NCBI GenBank assembly: GCA_038831915.1
Contig: JAWBKB010000016.1
Span: 1-34,720 of the forward strand
Direction of reading: 5' to 3'
Origin: Candidatus Caldarchaeum sp.
GTDB lineage: Archaea > Thermoproteota > Nitrososphaeria_A > Caldarchaeales > Caldarchaeaceae
DNA length: 34,720 bases
Part shown: piece by piece, positions 27,745 to 34,720 of the stretch
Layout of the letters: each line of letters begins with the position of its first letter
Position numbering within the stretch: position 1 is the first letter of the stretch
Translations under genes and position numbers: made by a program
The notes under the pieces: generated by a model
Databases searched by the model: none
What the model was told of the DNA's origin: nothing
What the model saw: the letters and a program-made list of their open reading frames with translations, nothing else

Positions 27745-28365
27745 ATGGACATCGGGTTGGAAAGGCTCGTAAACATGCTTAACGACATGGCTAATCTTAG
27801 CAAGAAAGCCGTCGAACTCGCGGTTGAAAGCTACATTAAAGGAATCGATAAACAGGATGAAGTTTTCCAGCTTTCCGAGAAGCTTCGATGGCTTCAGGAC
27901 GAAGTCTCCGACCTCGCTGTGGAAATTATCGCGAGATATCAACCAGTCGCAAGGGACCTTCGTTTTCTCAAGTCATCTATGGAAGTGGCATACGGATTCA
28001 GCCGGTTCGGCAGATATGCATATGACATCTGCCAAGTAATCACCACATTCGGAAACCTAAACGACTGCGATAAGAAAGAAATCGTCGAAGTCAGCGAAAT
28101 TGTAAAACTCATGATAGAAACAAGTATCAAGTCTTTCACCGAAGGCAACAAAGCTTCGGCCGAGGAGCTTGAAAAACTCGATTCGATCGTGGACAGGGCT
28201 TACAGAAATCATCTTGAGCGTAGCTTGCTGAACTCAACTTCGAAGAAATGCAGCATGGCTTCAATGCTTATTCTCAGGTATTTGGAGAGGATTGCTGACC
28301 ACGCCACGTATATAGGGGATTCGGTTGTTTTCATCGTTGAAGGCGTTCGGTCTCCCCGCAAGTGA
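27745..28365 (+). CDS. phoU: Phosphate transport regulator PhoU
   Basis: IARYQPVARDLR, RFGRYAYDI, LERIADHATYI; located at the end of the pst operon. Confidence 0.93.
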   Translation: MDIGLERLVNMLNDMANLSKKAVELAVESYIKGIDKQDEVFQLSEKLRWLQDEVSDLAVEIIARYQPVARDLRFLKSSMEVAYGFSRFGRYAYDICQVITTFGNLNDCDKKEIVEVSEIVKLMIETSIKSFTEGNKASAEELEKLDSIVDRAYRNHLERSLLNSTSKKCSMASMLILRYLERIADHATYIGDSVVFIVEGVRSPRK

Positions 28366-28371
28366 AGCACC

Positions 28372-28755
28372 ATGGTTGTTCGCAAAGTCTTCATCAGCAA
28401 GGAAATCGCTGGTCTACTACTCGAAGTGGCAAGAAATGTTCATCCAAACGAAATGATTGTGCTGCTCCACGGCCGTGTTAATGGCGACACCGCCGTCGTT
28501 GAAGAACTTTCATTCCCTCCCCAGTCAGTTTATGGCGAAAATTTCTCATCTTTCAACCCCTACCTTCTACCCATTGACCATTCAATTCTCGGCATAGCAC
28601 ATTCCCATCCATCCGGAGTCGCAAAACCATCTCTCGAAGACCTTGACAATTTCATGGGCAAAATAATGGTAATAGTGACACCACCTTACAGAGACGAAAC
28701 AGACATTCACGTCATAGATTCTCAAGGAAGGGCGATTGCATGCAGTGTTCGCTAA
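28372..28755 (+). CDS. JAMM/MPN+ metalloprotease
   Basis: PNE catalytic Glu and the HSHPSG...PS..D JAMM motif are intact. Confidence 0.9.
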   Translation: MVVRKVFISKEIAGLLLEVARNVHPNEMIVLLHGRVNGDTAVVEELSFPPQSVYGENFSSFNPYLLPIDHSILGIAHSHPSGVAKPSLEDLDNFMGKIMVIVTPPYRDETDIHVIDSQGRAIACSVR

Positions 28756-29432
28756 ACGAGAGAGTATTCACACATTTTTCGCAGCAGTATTTCAGGGTCG
28801 CGGCTTTTGACGTAGGCGCTCGACAGCAATACACCCTCTGTTCCGAGCTGAATCGCCTTCTTCACATCGTCTGGAGTTGAAACTCCCGCTCCACAGAGAA
28901 TGTGCACCTCCTTGTTGAGTTTTCTCACGCTGGCAACGGTCTCCGTCACGACTTCAGGACGTGCCGTCGAAACTGAAACACCGGTTCCAATCAGTTCAGG
29001 CGGCTCAATTGCCAACGCGTCTGGGTTGAGAGCCGACGCCGCCGCGGCGGAAGGTACATCGTCAGCACAGACCAGTGAAAAAAGACCAACGCGTTTAAGA
29101 CGCGCCACAGCCGCCGCTATGGCCGAAAGTTTGAGACGTTTTTCAGAATGGTTTAGCAAAGATCCTGAAACTTTGGCTTCACGAAGGTTTTCAGCGACAA
29201 CAGAGCCGGTGAAAGCACCGGGTTCATATGGGTCGCAGTGCTGAGCTAACACAGGGATGGCGACAGACCGAGCGATTTTCTCCAAATCGACGAAATTAGG
29301 ACAGACAGCAACCGTAACACCCGTGTCGAGGGAAACTTTTTCAGCGATTTTGGCAAGCTCCAGACAGCGACTTCCAATAGCTTCCCCGTAATTTTTGAAA
29401 TTCAAAACAACCAGAGGGTAAGATATTTTCAC
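28752..29432 (-). CDS. tpiA: Triosephosphate isomerase (archaeal type)
   Basis: LNFKNY, AQH, LLNHSEKR, AIEPPELIG, LCGAGV. Confidence 0.97.
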   Translation of the reverse strand: MKISYPLVVLNFKNYGEAIGSRCLELAKIAEKVSLDTGVTVAVCPNFVDLEKIARSVAIPVLAQHCDPYEPGAFTGSVVAENLREAKVSGSLLNHSEKRLKLSAIAAAVARLKRVGLFSLVCADDVPSAAAASALNPDALAIEPPELIGTGVSVSTARPEVVTETVASVRKLNKEVHILCGAGVSTPDDVKKAIQLGTEGVLLSSAYVKSRDPEILLRKMCEYSLV

Positions 29433-29502
29433 GGTGGAAATGATTCAAACTATTTTTTAAACGCTATCGGTATAAGTAGCGGTGGTGAAAAAACTAGTGG
29501 GA

Positions 29503-30885
29503 ATGAACATTCGAGCGAAAGATTTCGTTCCATATTTAGGCCATCATACAAAACAAGACGTTAACGATATGCTAAAAACAATTGGAGTAGAAGATGTTCT
29601 GCAACTTTTTTCAGATATTCCTGCGAAATTCATTTTGCCCAACCCACCTAACATAGGTCCGCCCAAGACAGAACAGGAAGTTTACGAAGCTTTCAAAAAG
29701 ATTTTGGAGAAGAACCGCCGAGGCTTGAAGCTGTTTATCGGGGGCGGAATCTGGCCACACTACATTCCAGCCGCTGTGAAAGAAATTGCTTCACGAAGTG
29801 AATTTCTTACGAGCTACACGCCGTATCAGCCCGAAGCTTCGCAGGGGGTTTTGACGGCTTTATTCGAGTTTCAAAGCCTCGTGGCAGACCTCTACGCCAT
29901 CGACGTCGTCAATTCATCGATGTATGATTGGGCGACGGCTTTGGGCGAATCATTCAGGATGGCTTACCGCTACAACGGTAGAACAAAAATAGTTGTAGCG
30001 GGGCATTCTGGGCCAGACAGGCTTCGAATCGCGGAAACATACGTTAGACCACTTCAAATGAAAATTGAGATTGTTCCCTTTAGACGAGACGGGGCAGTTG
30101 ATGAGGAATTTTTGAAACAATCAATAGACAGTGAGACGGCTGCTGTCTACGTGGAAAATCCGACGTATCTTGGATGTTTGGTGTCAAACGTCAAAGAAGT
30201 TGGCGAACTGGCACATGAAAAGAACGCTTTGTTTATCGTGGGAGCGGAGCCGATTTCCCTCGGATTATTCACACCACCTGGAGAATACGGAGCAGACATT
30301 GTCGTCGGCGAAGGTCAGCCACTCGGAATGCCAATGAATTTCGGAGGCCCGCTCCTTGGAATTCTCGGATGTAGGTCAGACAGGAAGCTAATCCATTCCA
30401 TGCCAGGCCGCATAGTTGGTTTGAGCGAAACCATCACCGATAAACGAAGGGCGTTCTCCATGATTCTACGCGCAAGGGAGCAGGACATAAAGCGGGAAAA
30501 AGCAACATCAAACATCTGCACAAACCAAGCGCACTGCGCAATCATAGCGGCGGCTTACCTATCGATTCTGGGTAAAAGGGGCGTTCAGGACCTAGCCCGA
30601 CACATTTTCGACAAGACAGCCTACTTTATCGATAGTTTGTCGCGACTCGATGGGGTAATCGCTCCTGTGTTAGACGCCGTTCACTACATGGAATTTACAT
30701 TCCGGGTTGAACAGCTGGATTCTAAAACGTTGTTGGAAAAGCTTTTGGAGAAAGGTTTTGTGGGTGGTCTTCGAGTCGGAAAAGATTTTCCCAGCCTGGG
30801 CGATTCGGTGCTCACCTGCGTCACCGAAGTTCACAGTATTGATGACATCGACGCATACGTCCGAGCGGTGAAAGAGGTGGTCTGA
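29503..30885 (+). CDS. gcvPA: Glycine dehydrogenase (decarboxylating) subunit 1
   Basis: TSYTPYQPEASQG, NSSMYD, FGGP, REQDIKREKATSNICTNQ. Start may instead be GTG29482. Confidence 0.95.
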   Translation: MNIRAKDFVPYLGHHTKQDVNDMLKTIGVEDVLQLFSDIPAKFILPNPPNIGPPKTEQEVYEAFKKILEKNRRGLKLFIGGGIWPHYIPAAVKEIASRSEFLTSYTPYQPEASQGVLTALFEFQSLVADLYAIDVVNSSMYDWATALGESFRMAYRYNGRTKIVVAGHSGPDRLRIAETYVRPLQMKIEIVPFRRDGAVDEEFLKQSIDSETAAVYVENPTYLGCLVSNVKEVGELAHEKNALFIVGAEPISLGLFTPPGEYGADIVVGEGQPLGMPMNFGGPLLGILGCRSDRKLIHSMPGRIVGLSETITDKRRAFSMILRAREQDIKREKATSNICTNQAHCAIIAAAYLSILGKRGVQDLARHIFDKTAYFIDSLSRLDGVIAPVLDAVHYMEFTFRVEQLDSKTLLEKLLEKGFVGGLRVGKDFPSLGDSVLTCVTEVHSIDDIDAYVRAVKEVV

Positions 30886-32429
30886 TGTTCAGACAGGCAC
30901 GTTGGGATGAAAAACTGGTTTACGAGCTTTCACGGCCAAATGTTCAAGCCTTCAAACCGCCTGAACTGCCGCACGAAATCAAGGAAGCGGGTGAGAGAAA
31001 GCTCAAACTCGTTCCCAAGCAACTATTGAGAAACAGCATAGACCTTCCAGAATTATCAGAGCTTGACGTCGTCCGTCATTTTACGCGGCTAAGCCAGATG
31101 AACTACAGCATTTCAACAGGTTTCTACCCGCTGGGCAGCTGCACGATGAAATACAACCCAGTCATAAACAATATAATCGCATCATTCGAAGAAATAGCCG
31201 GTTCGCATCCTCTACAACCAGCTGAAACCGTGCAGGGCTGCCTAGAAATTCTCTACAACCTTGAGCAAGCTTTAAAAGAAATCACAGGAATGGATGCTTT
31301 CTCACTTGTTCCCGCAGCAGGCGCCCACGGCGAGCTCGTCGGGGTGCTAATAATCAAGGCCTATCACACCGAGAGGGAGGGAAAACCGCGTTCGAAGATA
31401 ATCGTTCCCGACTCGGCTCATGGAACTAACCCAGCCAGCGCTTCGATGGCTGGCTTCGAAGTCATGGTTGTCGACACAAGAAGCGATGGATGCGTTGACC
31501 TCGAACAGCTTGAGAAAATGGTTGACAGCGACACCGCTGGAATAATGCTGACAAACCCCAACACAGTTGGAGTCTTCGAAAAAGACATCGAAGAAATTGT
31601 CAAAATCATGCATCGCAACGACTCGCTCCTCTACTATGACGGGGCGAACCTCAACGCGATAGTCGGCGTGGTAAGGCCCGGCGACATGGGCTTTGACATC
31701 GTACATCTAAACCTTCACAAAACATTTTCAACTCCTCACGGCGGTGGTGGGCCTGGAGCGGGACCAGTGGGTGTCGTTGAAAAACTCGCAAAATATTTGC
31801 CTCCACCGCGGGTAAGAAAAACACCTGACGGCAAATATGTTCTCGACGAAGGGGATAAATCAAGCATCGGCCCGGTGAAGCTTTTCATGGGAAATTTCGC
31901 CGTCCTCATCAGAGCATACTCGTACATTCTATCCATGGGCGGCGAAGGGCTTCGAAGAGCCGCGTTTAATGCAGTAACGGCGTCGAACTACCTTTTGGCA
32001 AAAATGCGAAACCTAAGAGGTGTATCGCTTCCCTACGACCAGAAAAGACCGCGAAAACACGAGTTCGTTCTAAGCCTAGCGCGGCTTCGAAAAGAAACTG
32101 GCTTGGGGGCTCTAGAGGTTGGGAAACGATTGCTTGATTATGGATTTCACGCGCCGACGGTTTACTTCCCGCTCATCGTGGAAGAGGCCTTTATGGTGGA
32201 GCCCACTGAAACAGAGTCAAAGGAAACTCTTGACAGCTATTACGAGGCTTTCGCCCACGTCATTTCCGAATGCTATGAGAAGCCCGAGCTGGTTCGCTCA
32301 GCCCCTGTAAACACATCTGTGGGAAGAATCAACGAAGCAAAGGCTTCTCATCCCATTTATATGGCTCCCACTTGGAGGAGTTATTTGAGGCGACGGAATG
32401 AAACAGATTCCGCTTCTAAGTCTTCATGA
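30885..32429 (+). CDS. gcvPB: Glycine dehydrogenase (decarboxylating) subunit 2
   Basis: PLGSCTMKYNP, SAHGTNPASA, PLP lysine in HLNLHKTF, PHGGGGPG, EPTETE. Start overlaps the gcvPA stop (TGATG). Confidence 0.96.
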   Translation: MFRQARWDEKLVYELSRPNVQAFKPPELPHEIKEAGERKLKLVPKQLLRNSIDLPELSELDVVRHFTRLSQMNYSISTGFYPLGSCTMKYNPVINNIIASFEEIAGSHPLQPAETVQGCLEILYNLEQALKEITGMDAFSLVPAAGAHGELVGVLIIKAYHTEREGKPRSKIIVPDSAHGTNPASASMAGFEVMVVDTRSDGCVDLEQLEKMVDSDTAGIMLTNPNTVGVFEKDIEEIVKIMHRNDSLLYYDGANLNAIVGVVRPGDMGFDIVHLNLHKTFSTPHGGGGPGAGPVGVVEKLAKYLPPPRVRKTPDGKYVLDEGDKSSIGPVKLFMGNFAVLIRAYSYILSMGGEGLRRAAFNAVTASNYLLAKMRNLRGVSLPYDQKRPRKHEFVLSLARLRKETGLGALEVGKRLLDYGFHAPTVYFPLIVEEAFMVEPTETESKETLDSYYEAFAHVISECYEKPELVRSAPVNTSVGRINEAKASHPIYMAPTWRSYLRRRNETDSASKSS

Positions 32430-33471
32430 AAAAAACGCCGTTGAAATCGGGGAATTCGCTGGATGGAAAACCGTGATAACTTTCTCTTCGGTCCGTGAAG
32501 AACATTCAGCGGTCAGGAATTCGGCCGCAATTTTCGACATCAGCCACATGACGAGAACCAAGATAACGGGCCCTCGTGCGTCAAAATTTCTTCAAGAACT
32601 TTTGACTATTGACGTTGAGAAGCTGAAACAAAGAAGGATGAAGTATGGGCTGATGCTCAACGAATCGGGGAAAATAATCGACGACGTAACGGTCTACAAA
32701 GTCGACGAAAACACATTCCTCATGGTTTCGAACGCGGTGACACGTCAACGGGTCGTCAAGTGGTTGAGTCAACATGCATCTACACATGTTGCTGTCGAAG
32801 ACATTACTGATTTTTCCGCTTTTTTCGCCGTCCAAGGCCCTGAAGCCGCTAAACATCTGTCAATGCTTTTCGGTGACGTGTCGGGTTTTCGCTGGTTTGA
32901 AGGAGATTTTCGAGTCTTCGACGGGTGCCAGCTTTTGGTTACGAGAAGCGGTTACACAGGGGGAGACGGGTTCGAAATAATGGTTCCATGTGGCGGAGTT
33001 GAACTCTTTGAAAAAATTTTCAGCAAGTTTGTGGGGGAAGGCGTAAAACCTGCCGGGCTGGCATGCAGAGATGTTTGCAGAATCGAGGCGGGATATCCAT
33101 TATCAGGGCAGGACTTCGACGAGTCAAACAGTCCTGCCGAAGCAGGTCTTGAATTGGCTGTTAAGATGGATAAAGCTTGTTTCATTGGGAAGGAAGCCTT
33201 AACGGGTGAACCGCCGAAGAAAAAGCTTAGCTTAATAGAAATGATCGACGTTGGCGTTCCCAGGCACGGTTACAAAATCTTTTCGAACAATTCCGAAGTG
33301 GGTGTGGTAACTAGCGGTTGTTTTTCCCCGCTCATAAAAAGAGGGATTGCCCTCGGGTATCTCTCATCCGACCTTGCTGAAGCAGGTCGAGAAGTCTATG
33401 TTGAAATCCGAGGAAACCTACGTAGGTCAGTTGTCAAAGCTGAACCCTGGGTAAAGATGCCGCGGAGCTGA
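32398..33471 (+). CDS. gcvT: Glycine cleavage aminomethyltransferase (T protein)
   Basis: EEH.AVR..AAIFDISHM, GKIIDD, AVQGP, RSGYTG.DGFE, RIEAG.PL.G. Confidence 0.95.
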   Translation: MKQIPLLSLHEKNAVEIGEFAGWKTVITFSSVREEHSAVRNSAAIFDISHMTRTKITGPRASKFLQELLTIDVEKLKQRRMKYGLMLNESGKIIDDVTVYKVDENTFLMVSNAVTRQRVVKWLSQHASTHVAVEDITDFSAFFAVQGPEAAKHLSMLFGDVSGFRWFEGDFRVFDGCQLLVTRSGYTGGDGFEIMVPCGGVELFEKIFSKFVGEGVKPAGLACRDVCRIEAGYPLSGQDFDESNSPAEAGLELAVKMDKACFIGKEALTGEPPKKKLSLIEMIDVGVPRHGYKIFSNNSEVGVVTSGCFSPLIKRGIALGYLSSDLAEAGREVYVEIRGNLRRSVVKAEPWVKMPRS

Positions 33472-34252
33472 GCGACGAAAATTGGACAGGTTTTTCGTCA
33501 AGGGCAAAACCGATGAAGACATCCACGCCTGCTTTCGCCAGCAAGTCCATCTTTGCGGCGAAATTCTCGTGTCCTCCCATTAATATGTAGGCCTCGTGAC
33601 TGTTTAGTGTTTTGGTTTTTGCGTTTCGCCTTTCCACGTAAGCCTGAATTGCTTCAGCTATTGTATGGTTTGGCTCGGTTCCGAAGTAAAAAGGTGCGTA
33701 AACTGCTTTCGATAACCCGTTGTTGCCATAGAAGCTAAGTTCATGGTTCATCTGCGGGGTGAGCAGCATCACAGGCATCGCTTTAAATTTCTCAGCGAGG
33801 TATGCAGCGGTTTTGACGACGTTTTCAGTACCAACCATCAAAAGGTTGAACCGGCATATGCTTCGATAATATTCCCCGGCCTCCCGCATGAGTTTGGAGG
33901 AATTGTTTCGAATCTCATCCTGCGAAAGATACGCGGGGTTACCTGCGACAAGGCAGATTCCTCCAAATCTGTGTGCGTTAACTAGTTCAGTAATTTCTTT
34001 CACCCTGACCCACCCATCGCTTCTCCGCATCGGTATAGTCATCACAGGCTCAGGATAACCAAGCATTTTACAGGTTTCCAAAATTCTTTCGAATTCCCCT
34101 GTGGTTAAGTCTGTGTTCTCTTTTTCCGAATCCATGACAAGATACCGATATCCCAAACGTGACAACAGTTTCGAATAGAATTCGAGCTTCTTTGTTCTCT
34201 CAGCGCCTAATTTACTCGGCTTAAACGCTGCACCGAGCTGGAAGGCAACCAC
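33434..34252 (-). CDS. Hypothetical protein, probable divergent luciferase-like (LLM/Mer-type) TIM-barrel oxidoreductase
   Basis: LSRLGYRYLVMDSE resembles 'AEELGFD..W..E'; NAHRFGGICLVAG resembles 'SGGR..LG.GAG'; LMVGTE..KTAAYLAE; and C-terminal MGGHENFAAKMDLLAKAGVDVF resembles 'GTPEEV..KL..L..AGVD.F'. Start taken at GTG34252 because the ORF-track start lies inside the IS end. The family call is weak. Confidence 0.6.
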   Translation of the reverse strand: MVAFQLGAAFKPSKLGAERTKKLEFYSKLLSRLGYRYLVMDSEKENTDLTTGEFERILETCKMLGYPEPVMTIPMRRSDGWVRVKEITELVNAHRFGGICLVAGNPAYLSQDEIRNNSSKLMREAGEYYRSICRFNLLMVGTENVVKTAAYLAEKFKAMPVMLLTPQMNHELSFYGNNGLSKAVYAPFYFGTEPNHTIAEAIQAYVERRNAKTKTLNSHEAYILMGGHENFAAKMDLLAKAGVDVFIGFALDEKPVQFSSLSSAASLPRVQL

Positions 34253-34274
34253 CTTGCTGGAAGGCGTCCACCTC
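34237..34274. repeat. 19-bp tandem duplication (2 copies, 16/19 identical)
   Basis: GCTGGAAGGCAACCACCTT (34237-34255) followed by GCTGGAAGGCGTCCACCTC (34256-34274). Confidence 0.7.
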
Positions 34275-34340
34275 TGGTCATCATCGCACCTCGGCTGACC
34301 AATAATCGGTCGATATATAAACCTTCTACAAGTGCAAATG

Positions 34341-34720
34341 GGCACTGTCAACTTTTACTTAAGCCTTTCTCGGAATGGTTATGGCCTGGGCTGTTCTCCG
34401 CTCGGCCATGCATGTCTTCGACTGCTTGGTTGAGCGCTTCTCCAGCCTCTTCAGGTTCCATAACTATAGTCCTTCTGAGAAGGCTTATGCTGCCCTGTTG
34501 TTCTTGGCTGGGCTTAGCCTTAGGGATGTGTCTGAGAGGTATGCCTCTAGGGAGAGTGTTGGGGAGTGGGTTCATAGGCTGGGGAGGGTCTTCAACCCCA
34601 TGCGTAAGCCCAGGAGGCTTGTAGCCGTCGATGAGACTGTTGAGAAGAGGCTGGGCGAGTGGGTCTACGTATGGTCTGCAGTAGACGTCGATGCAGGCGA
34701 GATAATAGCTGTATACGCTT
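34341..34720 (+). mobile_element. IS6-family insertion sequence (left end plus partial transposase; runs off the window)
   Basis: Begins GGCACTGTCAAC, similar to the IS26/IS6 terminal repeat GGCACTGTTGCAAA, and is followed by an IS6-type transposase ORF. Confidence 0.88.
34375..34720 (+). CDS. IS6-family DDE transposase, 3' partial
   Basis: Hand translation: ...LFLAGLSLRDVSERYASRESVGEWVHRL...RRLVAVDETVEKRLGEWVYVWSAVDVDAGEIIAVYA, giving an HTH plus the first DDE aspartate in VAVDET and the W.AVD motif. Absent from the ORF track because there is no stop in the window. Exact start uncertain (34375, 34381 or 34408). Confidence 0.88.
   Translation, partial: MVMAWAVLRSAMHVFDCLVERFSSLFRFHNYSPSEKAYAALLFLAGLSLRDVSERYASRESVGEWVHRLGRVFNPMRKPRRLVAVDETVEKRLGEWVYVWSAVDVDAGEIIAVYA

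Noticed and set aside
34199-34284. Perfect box C (AUGAUGA, minus strand) upstream of the LLM-like gene
   Set aside because: The nearest CUGA is ~80 nt downstream, inside the CDS, and there is no clear D'/C' pair or recognisable guide.
34348-34624. ORF-track ORFs 34348-34575(-) and 34412-34624(+)
   Set aside because: These are shadow frames of the IS6 transposase, which reads in the frame of 34375/34381.
1-34720. Composite transposon or genomic island between the IS6 copies
   Set aside because: The cargo is core housekeeping genes, the left copy is truncated and ~7% diverged, and the outer ends and target duplications are not visible.
1-34720. CRISPR arrays, tRNA/rRNA genes, replication-origin boxes
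   Set aside because: None were seen by eye. Intergenic gaps are short and lack periodic repeats or cloverleaf signatures; tRNAscan-SE and Infernal were not run.

Overview
Gene-dense archaeal chromosomal region. A histone, a thermosome, Cdv/ESCRT genes and TATA-type promoters point to the TACK group, most consistent with an Aigarchaeota/Caldiarchaeum-like lineage (inference). Both ends run into inverted, ~93% identical IS6-family transposase copies, so the window is probably one contig broken at repeats. Housekeeping content: hemL, a Nudix hydrolase, sufD-like, lhr, acyl-CoA dehydrogenase, thermosome, adkA, trmI, aroC, a pterin dehydratase, a pstSCAB-phoU locus with a divergent AbrB-PhoU regulator, a JAMM protease, tpiA and gcvPA/PB/T. 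The most interesting part is 3.5-17.3 kb. It holds a three-gene operon for a very short, apparently hinge-less and hook-less SMC with SMC5/6-type head motifs, plus a kleisin and a KITE-like subunit. This operon is head-to-head with cdvC (Vps4), which converges on cdvB (ESCRT-III). Nearby are a LIM-like double Zn finger, a Zn-ribbon/CdvA-like coiled-coil protein, and a histone variant with substitutions at two tetramerisation residues. An unannotated C/D-box sRNA candidate at ~18752-18811 has two guides matching conserved 23S rRNA H69/H71 sequence. All family calls come from motif recognition by eye; no searches were run.
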